This document shows positions 17,939 through 26,607 of a stretch of DNA of 64,000 bases, piece after piece. Position numbers and translations under genes: made by a program. Position 1 is the first letter of the stretch, and every line of letters starts with the position of its first letter. The notes under the pieces were generated by a model. It worked only from the letters and a program-made list of their open reading frames with translations. It was not told the DNA's origin and ran no database searches. This stretch comes from Patescibacteria group bacterium (lineage in GTDB: Bacteria; Patescibacteriota; JABMPQ01; JAHIRA01): positions 7,343 to 71,342 of the forward strand of contig JAHISJ010000025.1 of the NCBI GenBank assembly GCA_018818205.1, read 5' to 3'.

Positions 17939-18763
17939 TTAAAGGTTAAAAAAGGTAATTGCGTTTTTAGTGGTAGTCTCTGAGACCTGCTCAAATGAGA
18001 CGTTTTTAACTTCAGCGATTTTCCTCGCAACCTCAACTACATACGCAGGTTCATTCCTCTTTCCTCTGTGTGGTTCCGGCGCTAAGAAAGGACAATCAGT
18101 TTCTACCATCATTTTTTCGAGCGGTACGATCTTTACTACTTCCCTAACTACATCAGCATTTTTGAATGTTACAATGCCCGTAAACGATATCAAAAAACCC
18201 ATATCTAAAAACTGTTTAGCATGTTCAGTTGACCCGCCAAAACAATGAAGCACTCCCTTGGTTTCTGGATAGTCTTTGAGAATCGTAAACGCGTCATCCT
18301 CAGCGTCCCGAACGTGGATGATAAGTGGCAGCTTAACTTCATTGGCATATTCGATTTGTGCTCTAAAAAGAATCTCCTGCTTTTTCTTACTATCACCTTC
18401 CTTGCCTTTTTTTAGACGAGAATAGTCAAGTCCACATTCACCAATTGCTACAATCTTGCTTGACTCTTCAAGCGCAGATGACAAGTGAGCTTTTACCTTT
18501 TCTTGCACACTCTTATAATCGTCTACCTCCATTCCATTTATGTTACCACCAACTCGGTCAACTTCATCCGGATGAAATCCCACACACGCATACACGCCAT
18601 TGTACTTTTGAGCAATGTCCGTTGCTTTTTTATGACTCAGAAAATCACATCCAACAGTAATGATTTTAGTAACGGACGCATCAAAAGCCCTTTTGATCAC
18701 CTCTTCTCTATCGTTATCAAAATCTTTAAATTCAAGATGTGCGTGAGTATCTATCAGAGACAT
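17939..18763 (-). CDS. tatD: TatD family DNase
   Basis: DTHAH, GFHP, IGECGLDY, IIHVR, HCF, ETDCPFLAP, NEP. Confidence 0.95.
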   Translation of the reverse strand: MSLIDTHAHLEFKDFDNDREEVIKRAFDASVTKIITVGCDFLSHKKATDIAQKYNGVYACVGFHPDEVDRVGGNINGMEVDDYKSVQEKVKAHLSSALEESSKIVAIGECGLDYSRLKKGKEGDSKKKQEILFRAQIEYANEVKLPLIIHVRDAEDDAFTILKDYPETKGVLHCFGGSTEHAKQFLDMGFLISFTGIVTFKNADVVREVVKIVPLEKMMVETDCPFLAPEPHRGKRNEPAYVVEVARKIAEVKNVSFEQVSETTTKNAITFFNL

Positions 18764-18776
18764 AGTCACCTTTTAT

Positions 18777-20306
18777 CTAGTTCTCTCTTCTCATAAACAA
18801 CGGCTCATCTTTTTTGATTTTTGTTCCTCGCTCAAGAGTTCCCCACTTTATAAGCTCATCAAACGAAGTGTGTTCTTCATACTGAACCCCAAGAGCTGTT
18901 TGCATCTTTTCCGCAGTGTCAGGCATAAAAGGATACAACATGAATGAGATATGTCTGTTGAATTCAAGAAGCGTATACATGACATTTGCAAGTTTTTCCT
19001 GGTCCTCTTTGGCAAGCTCCCAAGGCTTTGTTTGTTCAATATAACCGTCTGCAACTTTTACTAGCATTGTGACATGTGACAATGCTTTTTCAACTTTCAA
19101 TTCATTTAAATCGTTTTTATAGTTGTTCCACAAGGCCTCTACCCCACCTGGGAGCAAAGACAAATGCTCCTCCTCAGCCATGGTTGGTGTAATGCCATTA
19201 AAATACTTCTCAGTCATGGAGAGCGTTCTATGGAGAAGATTACTGATGCCATTTGCAAGATCAGCGTTGTACTGCTCAATGAATTTATCTGCCTTAATAT
19301 CACCATCTTGGCCAAACGGAAATTGGGAAAGGAGCAAATACCGTGTTGCATCAGTACCAAAGGAATCAATGAGATCATTGGTATCAATAACATTTCCTAT
19401 GGTCTTGCTCATTTTATCTCCGTTGATGGTAAAGTATCCATGAGCGTAGATTTTCTTTGGGAGAGGCAGCCCTGCCGCAAGCAGCATCGCTGGCCAATAA
19501 ATTGCATGAAACTTGATAATATCCTTTCCGATAACATGCACATCAACTGGCCAAAACTGCTCAAATTTTTCATTATCACGCCCATACCCAAGGGCTGAAA
19601 TGTAAAATTGCAACGCTTCAACCCAAACATAAATCACCTGAGAGTCATCAAACGGGAGAGGAATCCCCCACTTAACGCTCTCACGCGATACTGAGAAGTC
19701 ATCAAGCACCTCATTGTCAAGAAGACCAAGGACTTCTTTGCGTCTAGATTCTGGTTCAACCTGTAATTCCCCACGAGCTATGAGCTCCTTTACTTTTGGT
19801 AAGTATTCTTTGAGTTTGAAAAAATAATTCTTTTCTGTGATTTTTTCTGGATACGTTTTATGATCAGGACATTTTCCTTCGACCAACTCTTTTTCAGTAA
19901 TAAATCGTTCACATCCAGTACAATACAAACCTTCATACCGATCCTCGTAAAAAGAATCTTTTTCATACAGCTCGCTCATAAATATCTTAACGGACTCTTT
20001 GTGACTATCTTCTGTGGTACGAATAAAGTCGTCATTGCTAATACTCAGCCTGTCAAAAAGCATTTGGAAATGGCCTGAATTTTCATCGCACAGCTCCTTT
20101 GGCGTCTTACCTACTTCCTCTGCTTTTTTTTCAACTTTTGAGCCATGCTCATCAGTGCCTGTCAAAAAAAGCACATTTTCCCCGAGCATCCTATGAAACC
20201 TGGCCACCACGTCTGCAGAAACGGTGGTATATGCATGTCCAAGATGTGGCCTGTCATTTACATAATAAATAGGAGTGGCGATATAGAAATTTCCTTTTTT
20301 ACTCAT
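18777..20306 (-). CDS. metG: Methionine--tRNA ligase (short form)
   Basis: PIYYVNDRPHLGHAY, GTDEHG, GKDIIKFH, KMSKT. Confidence 0.97.
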   Translation of the reverse strand: MSKKGNFYIATPIYYVNDRPHLGHAYTTVSADVVARFHRMLGENVLFLTGTDEHGSKVEKKAEEVGKTPKELCDENSGHFQMLFDRLSISNDDFIRTTEDSHKESVKIFMSELYEKDSFYEDRYEGLYCTGCERFITEKELVEGKCPDHKTYPEKITEKNYFFKLKEYLPKVKELIARGELQVEPESRRKEVLGLLDNEVLDDFSVSRESVKWGIPLPFDDSQVIYVWVEALQFYISALGYGRDNEKFEQFWPVDVHVIGKDIIKFHAIYWPAMLLAAGLPLPKKIYAHGYFTINGDKMSKTIGNVIDTNDLIDSFGTDATRYLLLSQFPFGQDGDIKADKFIEQYNADLANGISNLLHRTLSMTEKYFNGITPTMAEEEHLSLLPGGVEALWNNYKNDLNELKVEKALSHVTMLVKVADGYIEQTKPWELAKEDQEKLANVMYTLLEFNRHISFMLYPFMPDTAEKMQTALGVQYEEHTSFDELIKWGTLERGTKIKKDEPLFMRREN

Positions 20307-20390
20307 GAGTTACGTTATATTAGACTGTACTATTTAACAAAATACTTGTTGAAGCTTGTCAAAAAAATAAAAAGAGTATACCATCATACT

Positions 20391-20490
20391 ACGCGGGAAT
20401 ACATAATAATATGGAGAGGTCGAATTCTACCTTAGGAGAAAAAGTATTCCCACAAACCCTGCCTTTTTGTGGATATCAGCAGGGTTTTTT
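20391..20490 (+). ncRNA. Candidate small RNA
   Basis: TTGTCA-17-TACCAT promoter (20356-20384), stem GGGAATAC/GTATTCCC, terminator AAACCCTGC/GCAGGGTTT plus T run. Confidence 0.35.
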
Positions 20491-21165
20491 ATTTGAACAA
20501 GGAGAAAGCACAACTGTAATCTCACCTTTTACTTTGTCTCTCTTAGCTAGCTCCTCGCTTACATCATGCACTGTTCCTCTGAGATATTCTTCAAACTTTT
20601 TTGTCATTTCTCTCCCAATAACCACTTGTCTCGTTTCTTCACAGTAGTCAACTAACTGAGCAAGGGTCTTTAAAATACGATGGGGTGACTCATAAAAAAT
20701 AGCAGTCTTTGGCGACGCAGCTATTTCTCTAAGTATGGTTACCCGTTTTTTCTTGTGAGGAATAAAGCCATAAAACGTAAACTGATGTGACGGAAACCCT
20801 GATACTGAAAGTGCCGAAATAACTGCCGAGGGACCCGGGATTGGAACCACATCTATCCCTTCTTTAATAAGTGCACTTACAAACAATACTCCTGGATCAG
20901 AAACAAGCGGGGTTCCTGCGTCACTTACAAGCGCAACAGATTCTGCATTTTTTACTTCCTCTACAATTTTTTTGAGTCTTCCTTCTGAGGTATGAGAATG
21001 AAACGGTACCAACTTTGTCTGAATGTCATATCGACTAAAAATCTTTGCCGAATGACGAGTATCCTCAGCCAGAACAAAATCGACTATTTTTAGCGTCTCA
21101 ACTGCTCTAAAGGTAATGTCTGATAAATTTCCAATTGGTGTCGCAACAACGTAAAGCGTGGCCAT
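20476..21165 (-). CDS. rsmI: 16S rRNA (C1402-2'-O)-methyltransferase
   Basis: Start MATLYVVATPIGNL at 21165; AEDTR, VSDAGTP, FYESPHR, REMTKKFEE. Confidence 0.96.
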   Translation of the reverse strand: MATLYVVATPIGNLSDITFRAVETLKIVDFVLAEDTRHSAKIFSRYDIQTKLVPFHSHTSEGRLKKIVEEVKNAESVALVSDAGTPLVSDPGVLFVSALIKEGIDVVPIPGPSAVISALSVSGFPSHQFTFYGFIPHKKKRVTILREIAASPKTAIFYESPHRILKTLAQLVDYCEETRQVVIGREMTKKFEEYLRGTVHDVSEELAKRDKVKGEITVVLSPCSNKKPC

Positions 21166-21169
21166 AGTA

Positions 21170-22267
21170 TTACTTTTTTTCCTCTTTTTGCTTTTCCTTT
21201 TGCTTTTTCTTTGTCTCTTGTTCAATAGCTTTTTCACGTTCTTTTCTCTCTTCAAAAACGTCTCCCAAAAAGACACCAATAGCCGTTGCAACAGGAACAG
21301 CAACAATTGCGCCGGCAATCCCGGCAATCTTAACTCCTGCAAGAATAACTAAAATAACGATAAGAGGATTTAACCCTACTGCTCGTTTCATTACATTTGG
21401 CACCAGTAGGTGGTTTTCTACCTGCTGAATAACAATGTAGGCAATAAGCACAATCAGTGCCATGATGGGTGACTGAGTAAGCGCAAGCAAAATTGCAGGG
21501 ATAGCTGCAATAACTGGTCCAATGTACGGCACAATCTCTAATATTCCAGCAATAATTGCTAAAATAAGTGCATATTTGACGCCCAAAAGTGAAAGAACTA
21601 TATACGTTAAAATTCCAACCGTTAACCCAAGCAGCAATTGACCTCTAAGCCACCGTCCCATCTGCGTTTGGATTCTGTCAGTCAAATCCCGTGCATAGGC
21701 TCTGTGCTTCCCCGGTACAACAGACTGAATCATCTTTTTAAATGCACCCTCCTGGATCAAAAAGTAAAACGAGATAACAAAAACCACAATTCCAGAAACT
21801 ACACCACCAAAAATGGCAGAAAGTGCTTCATAGACTGATACTATCGCTTCATCTAGCTTTTCAGTGAAGGACGAGATATACTTTGACGCTTGCTCTAATC
21901 CTTGAGCAACAGTAAGACCACTCGTTCCTTCAAAAAATACACCAAGATCATTTAAGTATCCAGGTAACACTGTTCCAAGCTGTTGGATTTGAGTCACCAG
22001 TGATGGAACCACTAAGCCAAAAAAGCCAAACAAAAGTCCAATAAGAATAATATATACAATCACCACACTCACTCCACGAGGAACTTTTTTCTTTTGAAAA
22101 AAATCAACAACCGGGTCAAGTGCGGAAGCAATGACAATTCCAAGAAACATCATAAGCAAGACATCTCTCACCAAATACAAAAGGAGGCCTATTACCACTA
22201 AAAGCAAGACTTTAAAAAAAGTTGAATACGAGATGTCAAAACTTATCTTTCTTGTAGCACCATTCAT
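21170..22267 (-). CDS. AI-2E family transporter
   Basis: Multi-pass membrane protein; LEIVPYIGP, QQVENHLLVP, GLNP. Confidence 0.9.
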   Translation of the reverse strand: MNGATRKISFDISYSTFFKVLLLVVIGLLLYLVRDVLLMMFLGIVIASALDPVVDFFQKKKVPRGVSVVIVYIILIGLLFGFFGLVVPSLVTQIQQLGTVLPGYLNDLGVFFEGTSGLTVAQGLEQASKYISSFTEKLDEAIVSVYEALSAIFGGVVSGIVVFVISFYFLIQEGAFKKMIQSVVPGKHRAYARDLTDRIQTQMGRWLRGQLLLGLTVGILTYIVLSLLGVKYALILAIIAGILEIVPYIGPVIAAIPAILLALTQSPIMALIVLIAYIVIQQVENHLLVPNVMKRAVGLNPLIVILVILAGVKIAGIAGAIVAVPVATAIGVFLGDVFEERKEREKAIEQETKKKQKEKQKEEKK

Positions 22268-22279
22268 ATGACTAATAGA

Positions 22280-23551
22280 TTACTTAAGAGTAAGCATTTT
22301 TACAAAACGCGCTCTATCTTTAAACGGTCCAATGAGCGTAAGGTTTAACGATTTCTCCTGAATATACGTGTCCATAAATGACTGTACCATACTAAGTGTT
22401 ACCGCATCTATCCGTGCATACTGCTTTTCCAGCTCCTCTATTTTATTTTGCAGAACATACCTTTCTGCCATGTATATTGCCGTTGACTGTGATGTCTCAA
22501 GAGATAAAGCAAGCTTACCCTTAATAAACTCTTTTACCTTGCCAAGCTCTTTCTTTGTAAGCCCCTCTTTTTTTACACGGACAATTTCTGCAAGCGTTGC
22601 CTTAACTGCCTCATCAACTTTTGTGTTATCTATTCCCGCCTGCACAACGAGATAGCCACTATCAAGATATGATTGCTGACTCGCTCTAATATAATAGCAC
22701 AGTCCCCTTTTTTCTCTAATCTCTGTAAAAAGTCTTGAGCTCATCCCACCGCCAAGCGCAACTGCAAACACCTTCGCCGTGTAGTATTCCTTAGTATTAA
22801 GCGGTACTGTTCTAAATCCTAAGCAGAGGTGCGTTTGATCTGTTTTTTTGGTAAGCAGTGATACCTTAGGCTTTGCCTGCTTTTCTTGAACCTTTTTTCT
22901 AGTACCTTTTGTCCCTTTTTTAAGCTCCGCAAAGTAGTTTTCTGAAAGCTTTTTAACCGATTTAATATCTTTGTTACCAACAAAAACAAGGACACCATTT
23001 TTTGCTGCATAGTAGGATCTCACATACTTTACTAAATCTTCTCTGGTAAGTCCCATCACTGATTTTTTTGAGCCAATCACTAGTCTTCCGGAAGGAGTAT
23101 CGCCATAGAGAAGCTCTTCAAACTTCTCTCCAACGTACTGCATAGGCATGTCTTGATACATGTTCATTTCCTCAATAACTACGTTCTTTTCCTTCTCAAT
23201 CTCTTCTTTGGGAAAAAGCGGATGGAGCATTAGATCAGAGACAAAATCAAATGCCTTATCTACATGTTTTTTTGCAACCTCGGCATAATAGCCAGTATAT
23301 TCTTTACTTGTGAATGCATTAAACGACCCACCGATTTCCTCAATAAATTCAGAAATCTCAAGTGAGTTTTTTCTTCTGGTGGTGCCTTTAAAAAAGAGGT
23401 GCTCCAAAAAGTGAGAAATACCTGCTTTCTGTTTTGTCTCAAACGCTGACCCAACACCAACTAAAAAGAGAACCACTGCAACTTCGCTATCCTTTTTTTT
23501 GATGTTTATGAGTTTAAGTCCATTCTTAAGTATTGTTTGCTGAATATTCAT
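22280..23551 (-). CDS. M16 family zinc peptidase
   Basis: Inverted zincin HFLEH, NAFTSKEYT, LGGGMSSRLF. Confidence 0.95.
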   Translation of the reverse strand: MNIQQTILKNGLKLINIKKKDSEVAVVLFLVGVGSAFETKQKAGISHFLEHLFFKGTTRRKNSLEISEFIEEIGGSFNAFTSKEYTGYYAEVAKKHVDKAFDFVSDLMLHPLFPKEEIEKEKNVVIEEMNMYQDMPMQYVGEKFEELLYGDTPSGRLVIGSKKSVMGLTREDLVKYVRSYYAAKNGVLVFVGNKDIKSVKKLSENYFAELKKGTKGTRKKVQEKQAKPKVSLLTKKTDQTHLCLGFRTVPLNTKEYYTAKVFAVALGGGMSSRLFTEIREKRGLCYYIRASQQSYLDSGYLVVQAGIDNTKVDEAVKATLAEIVRVKKEGLTKKELGKVKEFIKGKLALSLETSQSTAIYMAERYVLQNKIEELEKQYARIDAVTLSMVQSFMDTYIQEKSLNLTLIGPFKDRARFVKMLTLK

Positions 23552-23588
23552 TTCTTGTCTTTAAATTACCCTTAAATCACTCCTATTA

Positions 23589-24263
23589 TTACATACTCAA
23601 AGCTCTAGCACCATCCTTTGTAAGCAACACCATATCTTCTTTTCTATAGCCAAATTGACCTTTTAAATAGACTCCCGGTTCAACCGTCACAATATCACCA
23701 ATTTTCAGAGGAATATGAGAGAGAACTTTTCTGTTTTGAACTAGGTGGGGTCTCTCATGAATACGAGGACCAATACCATGGCCAGTGCCATGAATAAAGT
23801 ACTTACCAAAGCCTTTTGATGTAAGGTAATCCCGTGCAGCCTTGTCTGGTATATACGATTCAACTCCTGGAGCGATTTTCTCAATTGCTCTTCTTTGAGC
23901 CTCTTTGACTGCTTTTTCTATTTGAACAAATTTATTGTTCTTACTTCCAAAAATAAATGTTCTTGTTAAATCAGTGAGTAAACTATTTTTCTTGAGCCCT
24001 AAATCGATTTTTACTACGTCGCCTTTTTTGAGTTTTGTGTCATTCATTTTGTGATGTGGTGTTGCGCTGTTTTTGCCAAATGCAACGATTGGTTTAAACG
24101 AAAATGTAAGACGATCTCCTTTGTTTTCCAGCCACAATTTTTTAACATTCTTTAGAAGCTCTTTTTCTGTCATTCCTTCCTTAAATTGAAGCGGAAACGA
24201 ATGTATGATTCGCTTTGTTTTGTCTATTAATTCCTGCAGTTTTTTTGAATACGTCATTATCAT
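23589..24263 (-). CDS. M24 family Xaa-Pro peptidase (catalytic domain only)
   Basis: PHH, IDLG, DLTRT, HGTGHGIG, HE, TVEPGVY, RKED. Confidence 0.9.
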   Translation of the reverse strand: MIMTYSKKLQELIDKTKRIIHSFPLQFKEGMTEKELLKNVKKLWLENKGDRLTFSFKPIVAFGKNSATPHHKMNDTKLKKGDVVKIDLGLKKNSLLTDLTRTFIFGSKNNKFVQIEKAVKEAQRRAIEKIAPGVESYIPDKAARDYLTSKGFGKYFIHGTGHGIGPRIHERPHLVQNRKVLSHIPLKIGDIVTVEPGVYLKGQFGYRKEDMVLLTKDGARALSM

Positions 24264-24332
24264 TATTTAACCACAAAAAAACCGAAAGCTCAAAGGCGTT
24301 CGGTTAACTATACTAATATTATTCAACTACAG

Positions 24333-24986
24333 CTAAAACCATAATTGTGAGGCATGATCCGGCTTTGAAACAACTAAACCCGCTTCATTAATTGTGAGCG
24401 CATTTAACGACAGTAAAGTAACGTTCACATCTGGTTTTCTAAATTCTTGCGCACATTCATGAAGCATGACAAATCGTTCGTGTTCGGGTGGAGTCATACT
24501 TGATGACTGTACAAATGCAATATGTCGAACGCTTTTCATCTTAAGTGCTCTAAAAAGCTCTCTTCCTGTCCCAGCACCAACATTTCCAAAACCCAGCAAC
24601 AAAAGATGATCGCAGCCTTTAAGTGTCTGATGGTCTCTTCTTCCAAAGTCTCCTTCCTCTGCACCACCAATAAATTCCATATGAATACGTAAATCGTCAA
24701 TCGGCCAGTTTGATCCTGCGGCAATATGCATATCTCGATTCCGCCACGGTGAAAATCCATAAACCTCAACGCCACCGTTCATACTTGAACACTCATTCAT
24801 AAACGTTTGTGCAAGCATAAGTGGAGCACCTCCGCCACCGCCTGTATTTAATGCACGGATCTCTGTTTGATATAAAAATTTAGCTAAGAGACTAAACTCC
24901 TCTTTGGCTGCATCAATAATATGCTTACTCAATGATCCTGCGCCAATAATTGCTGCTCTTTGAACAGTTGTTCGTTCCTTTAACAT
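24333..24986 (-). CDS. Divergent SLOG (LOG/Smf-DprA) superfamily protein
   Basis: AAIIGAG, LNTGGGGGAP, VYGFSP, RRD..TLKGCD, GAGTGRE; AAGGAG RBS before ATG 24986. Confidence 0.6.
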   Translation of the reverse strand: MLKERTTVQRAAIIGAGSLSKHIIDAAKEEFSLLAKFLYQTEIRALNTGGGGGAPLMLAQTFMNECSSMNGGVEVYGFSPWRNRDMHIAAGSNWPIDDLRIHMEFIGGAEEGDFGRRDHQTLKGCDHLLLLGFGNVGAGTGRELFRALKMKSVRHIAFVQSSSMTPPEHERFVMLHECAQEFRKPDVNVTLLSLNALTINEAGLVVSKPDHASQLWF

Positions 24987-25079
24987 AGTAACTCCTTTTT
25001 TCAACATCCCCCAAAACAAAAAAAGAACGCACGTAAACATACCTTGAACATGCGTCCTCGTCAATACCAAAAAGAATTT

Positions 25080-26480
25080 TTAGGCCAATTTCTCTTTCAG
25101 AACTGTTTTTAACTCATTCATATTCACTCGCTCTTGCGTCATGGTATCTCTATCTCTCACCGTTACTGCATTATCCTCTAGTGATTCAAAGTCAACCGTA
25201 ATACAATACGGCGTTCCAATCTCATCTTGCCTTCTATACCGCTTACCAATACTTTGTGTCTCATCATATTCAGTGGAAAAATCACTGCTCAGTCCTTTAA
25301 ACAACTCTTTTGCTACTGAGCTTAATTCTTCCTTCTTTGAAAGTGGCAAAACTGCAACCTGGTACGGTGCTAAGTGTTTTGGAAGTTTGAGCACTACCCG
25401 CTTCTCAGTGCCACCCTTTGCGCTTGGCGCATCTTCCTCTGTATATGCTGAAAGCAACGTTGCTAGAAACGTTCTCCCAACTCCAAACGTTGGTTCAATA
25501 ACGTGTGGAATAAATTTCTCACCTTCTTGTTGATTGAAGTACTGCAGATCAACACCAGATTTTTCTATATGGTTTTTTAAGTCAAAGTCAGTACGATATG
25601 CAAGTCCGTAGAGTTCTTTAAACCCGCCAAATGGAAAGTCGTATTCAAAGTCGATTGTTTTTTTGGAATAGTGTGAGAGCTCATCTTTGTCATGCTCTCT
25701 GATTTTATACTCTTCCTTCAAGATACCAAGACTTTGCACCCACTCATCCATTTCCTTTTGCCAGTAGTCAAACCACTTCTCCCACTCGCCTTCTTTTACA
25801 AAATATTCAATCTCCATTTGCTCAAACTCGAGCGTTCTAAAAATGAAGTTTCCTGGAGTAATCTCGTTTCTAAACGCCTTTCCAATTTGTGCCATACCAA
25901 AGGGAAGCTTTGGTCGCATGGTATCAAGAATATTTTTGAAGTTCACAAACATTCCTTGCGCCGTTTCACCTCTAAGATACGCAACACTCTTTGAATCTTC
26001 CGCGGGTCCAATAAACGTTTTGAAAAGCAAATTAAACGTCCGTGCAGAACCGAACTCCTGTGCCTTACAGTTTACGCAAGCAAGATCTGCAGCCTGAATA
26101 ATCGCGTCTAATTCTTTTAGTGATTTCCCCTCGATACTTTCACCAAGTTGCTCCTCTACCAGATGATCCGCTCTAAATCGCTTATGACATTTTTTACACT
26201 CTACAAGTGGATCATGAAACGCATCCACATGACCTGACGCCTCCCATATCTTTGGATTCATGATAATCCCTGAATCAATGCCATACATATCTTCCCGGGA
26301 CGTTACAAATCGCTTCCACCACGCTTGTTTTATATTGTTTAAAAGCTCTACTCCCAAAGGCCCGTAATCCCACGTATTTGCAAGACCGCCGTATATGTCT
26401 GAACCGGGAAACACAAAGCCACGCTGTTTACAGAGATTAACTATAGTATCCATCAGGTCCGTCTCATTTGTTTGGGACAT
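25080..26480 (-). CDS. glyQS: Glycine--tRNA ligase, alpha2 type
   Basis: IYGGLANTWDYGPLG, LRGETAQG, FRNEITPGNFIFR, IGKRYRRQDEIGTP. Confidence 0.97.
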   Translation of the reverse strand: MSQTNETDLMDTIVNLCKQRGFVFPGSDIYGGLANTWDYGPLGVELLNNIKQAWWKRFVTSREDMYGIDSGIIMNPKIWEASGHVDAFHDPLVECKKCHKRFRADHLVEEQLGESIEGKSLKELDAIIQAADLACVNCKAQEFGSARTFNLLFKTFIGPAEDSKSVAYLRGETAQGMFVNFKNILDTMRPKLPFGMAQIGKAFRNEITPGNFIFRTLEFEQMEIEYFVKEGEWEKWFDYWQKEMDEWVQSLGILKEEYKIREHDKDELSHYSKKTIDFEYDFPFGGFKELYGLAYRTDFDLKNHIEKSGVDLQYFNQQEGEKFIPHVIEPTFGVGRTFLATLLSAYTEEDAPSAKGGTEKRVVLKLPKHLAPYQVAVLPLSKKEELSSVAKELFKGLSSDFSTEYDETQSIGKRYRRQDEIGTPYCITVDFESLEDNAVTVRDRDTMTQERVNMNELKTVLKEKLA

Positions 26481-26566
26481 ACGTCTTTTGATTACTTTTC
26501 TTATGTAGATAGTATACTGAGATTACACTACTTTCGCAAATACTATCTACATTTAATTCTTAAACT

Positions 26567-26604
26567 AAAAAAAGACTCCCGTACGAAGAGAGTCTTTCTT
26601 TTCT
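26567..26604 (-). terminator. Intrinsic terminator of the 26608 gene
   Basis: AAAGACTC/GAGTCTTT inverted repeat flanked by A and T runs. Confidence 0.6.
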
Positions 26605-26607
26605 TGC

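Noticed and set aside
21166-21342. 59-aa N-terminal extension of rsmI in the ORF track
   Set aside because: It overlaps the AI-2E gene; the family-typical start is Met at 21165
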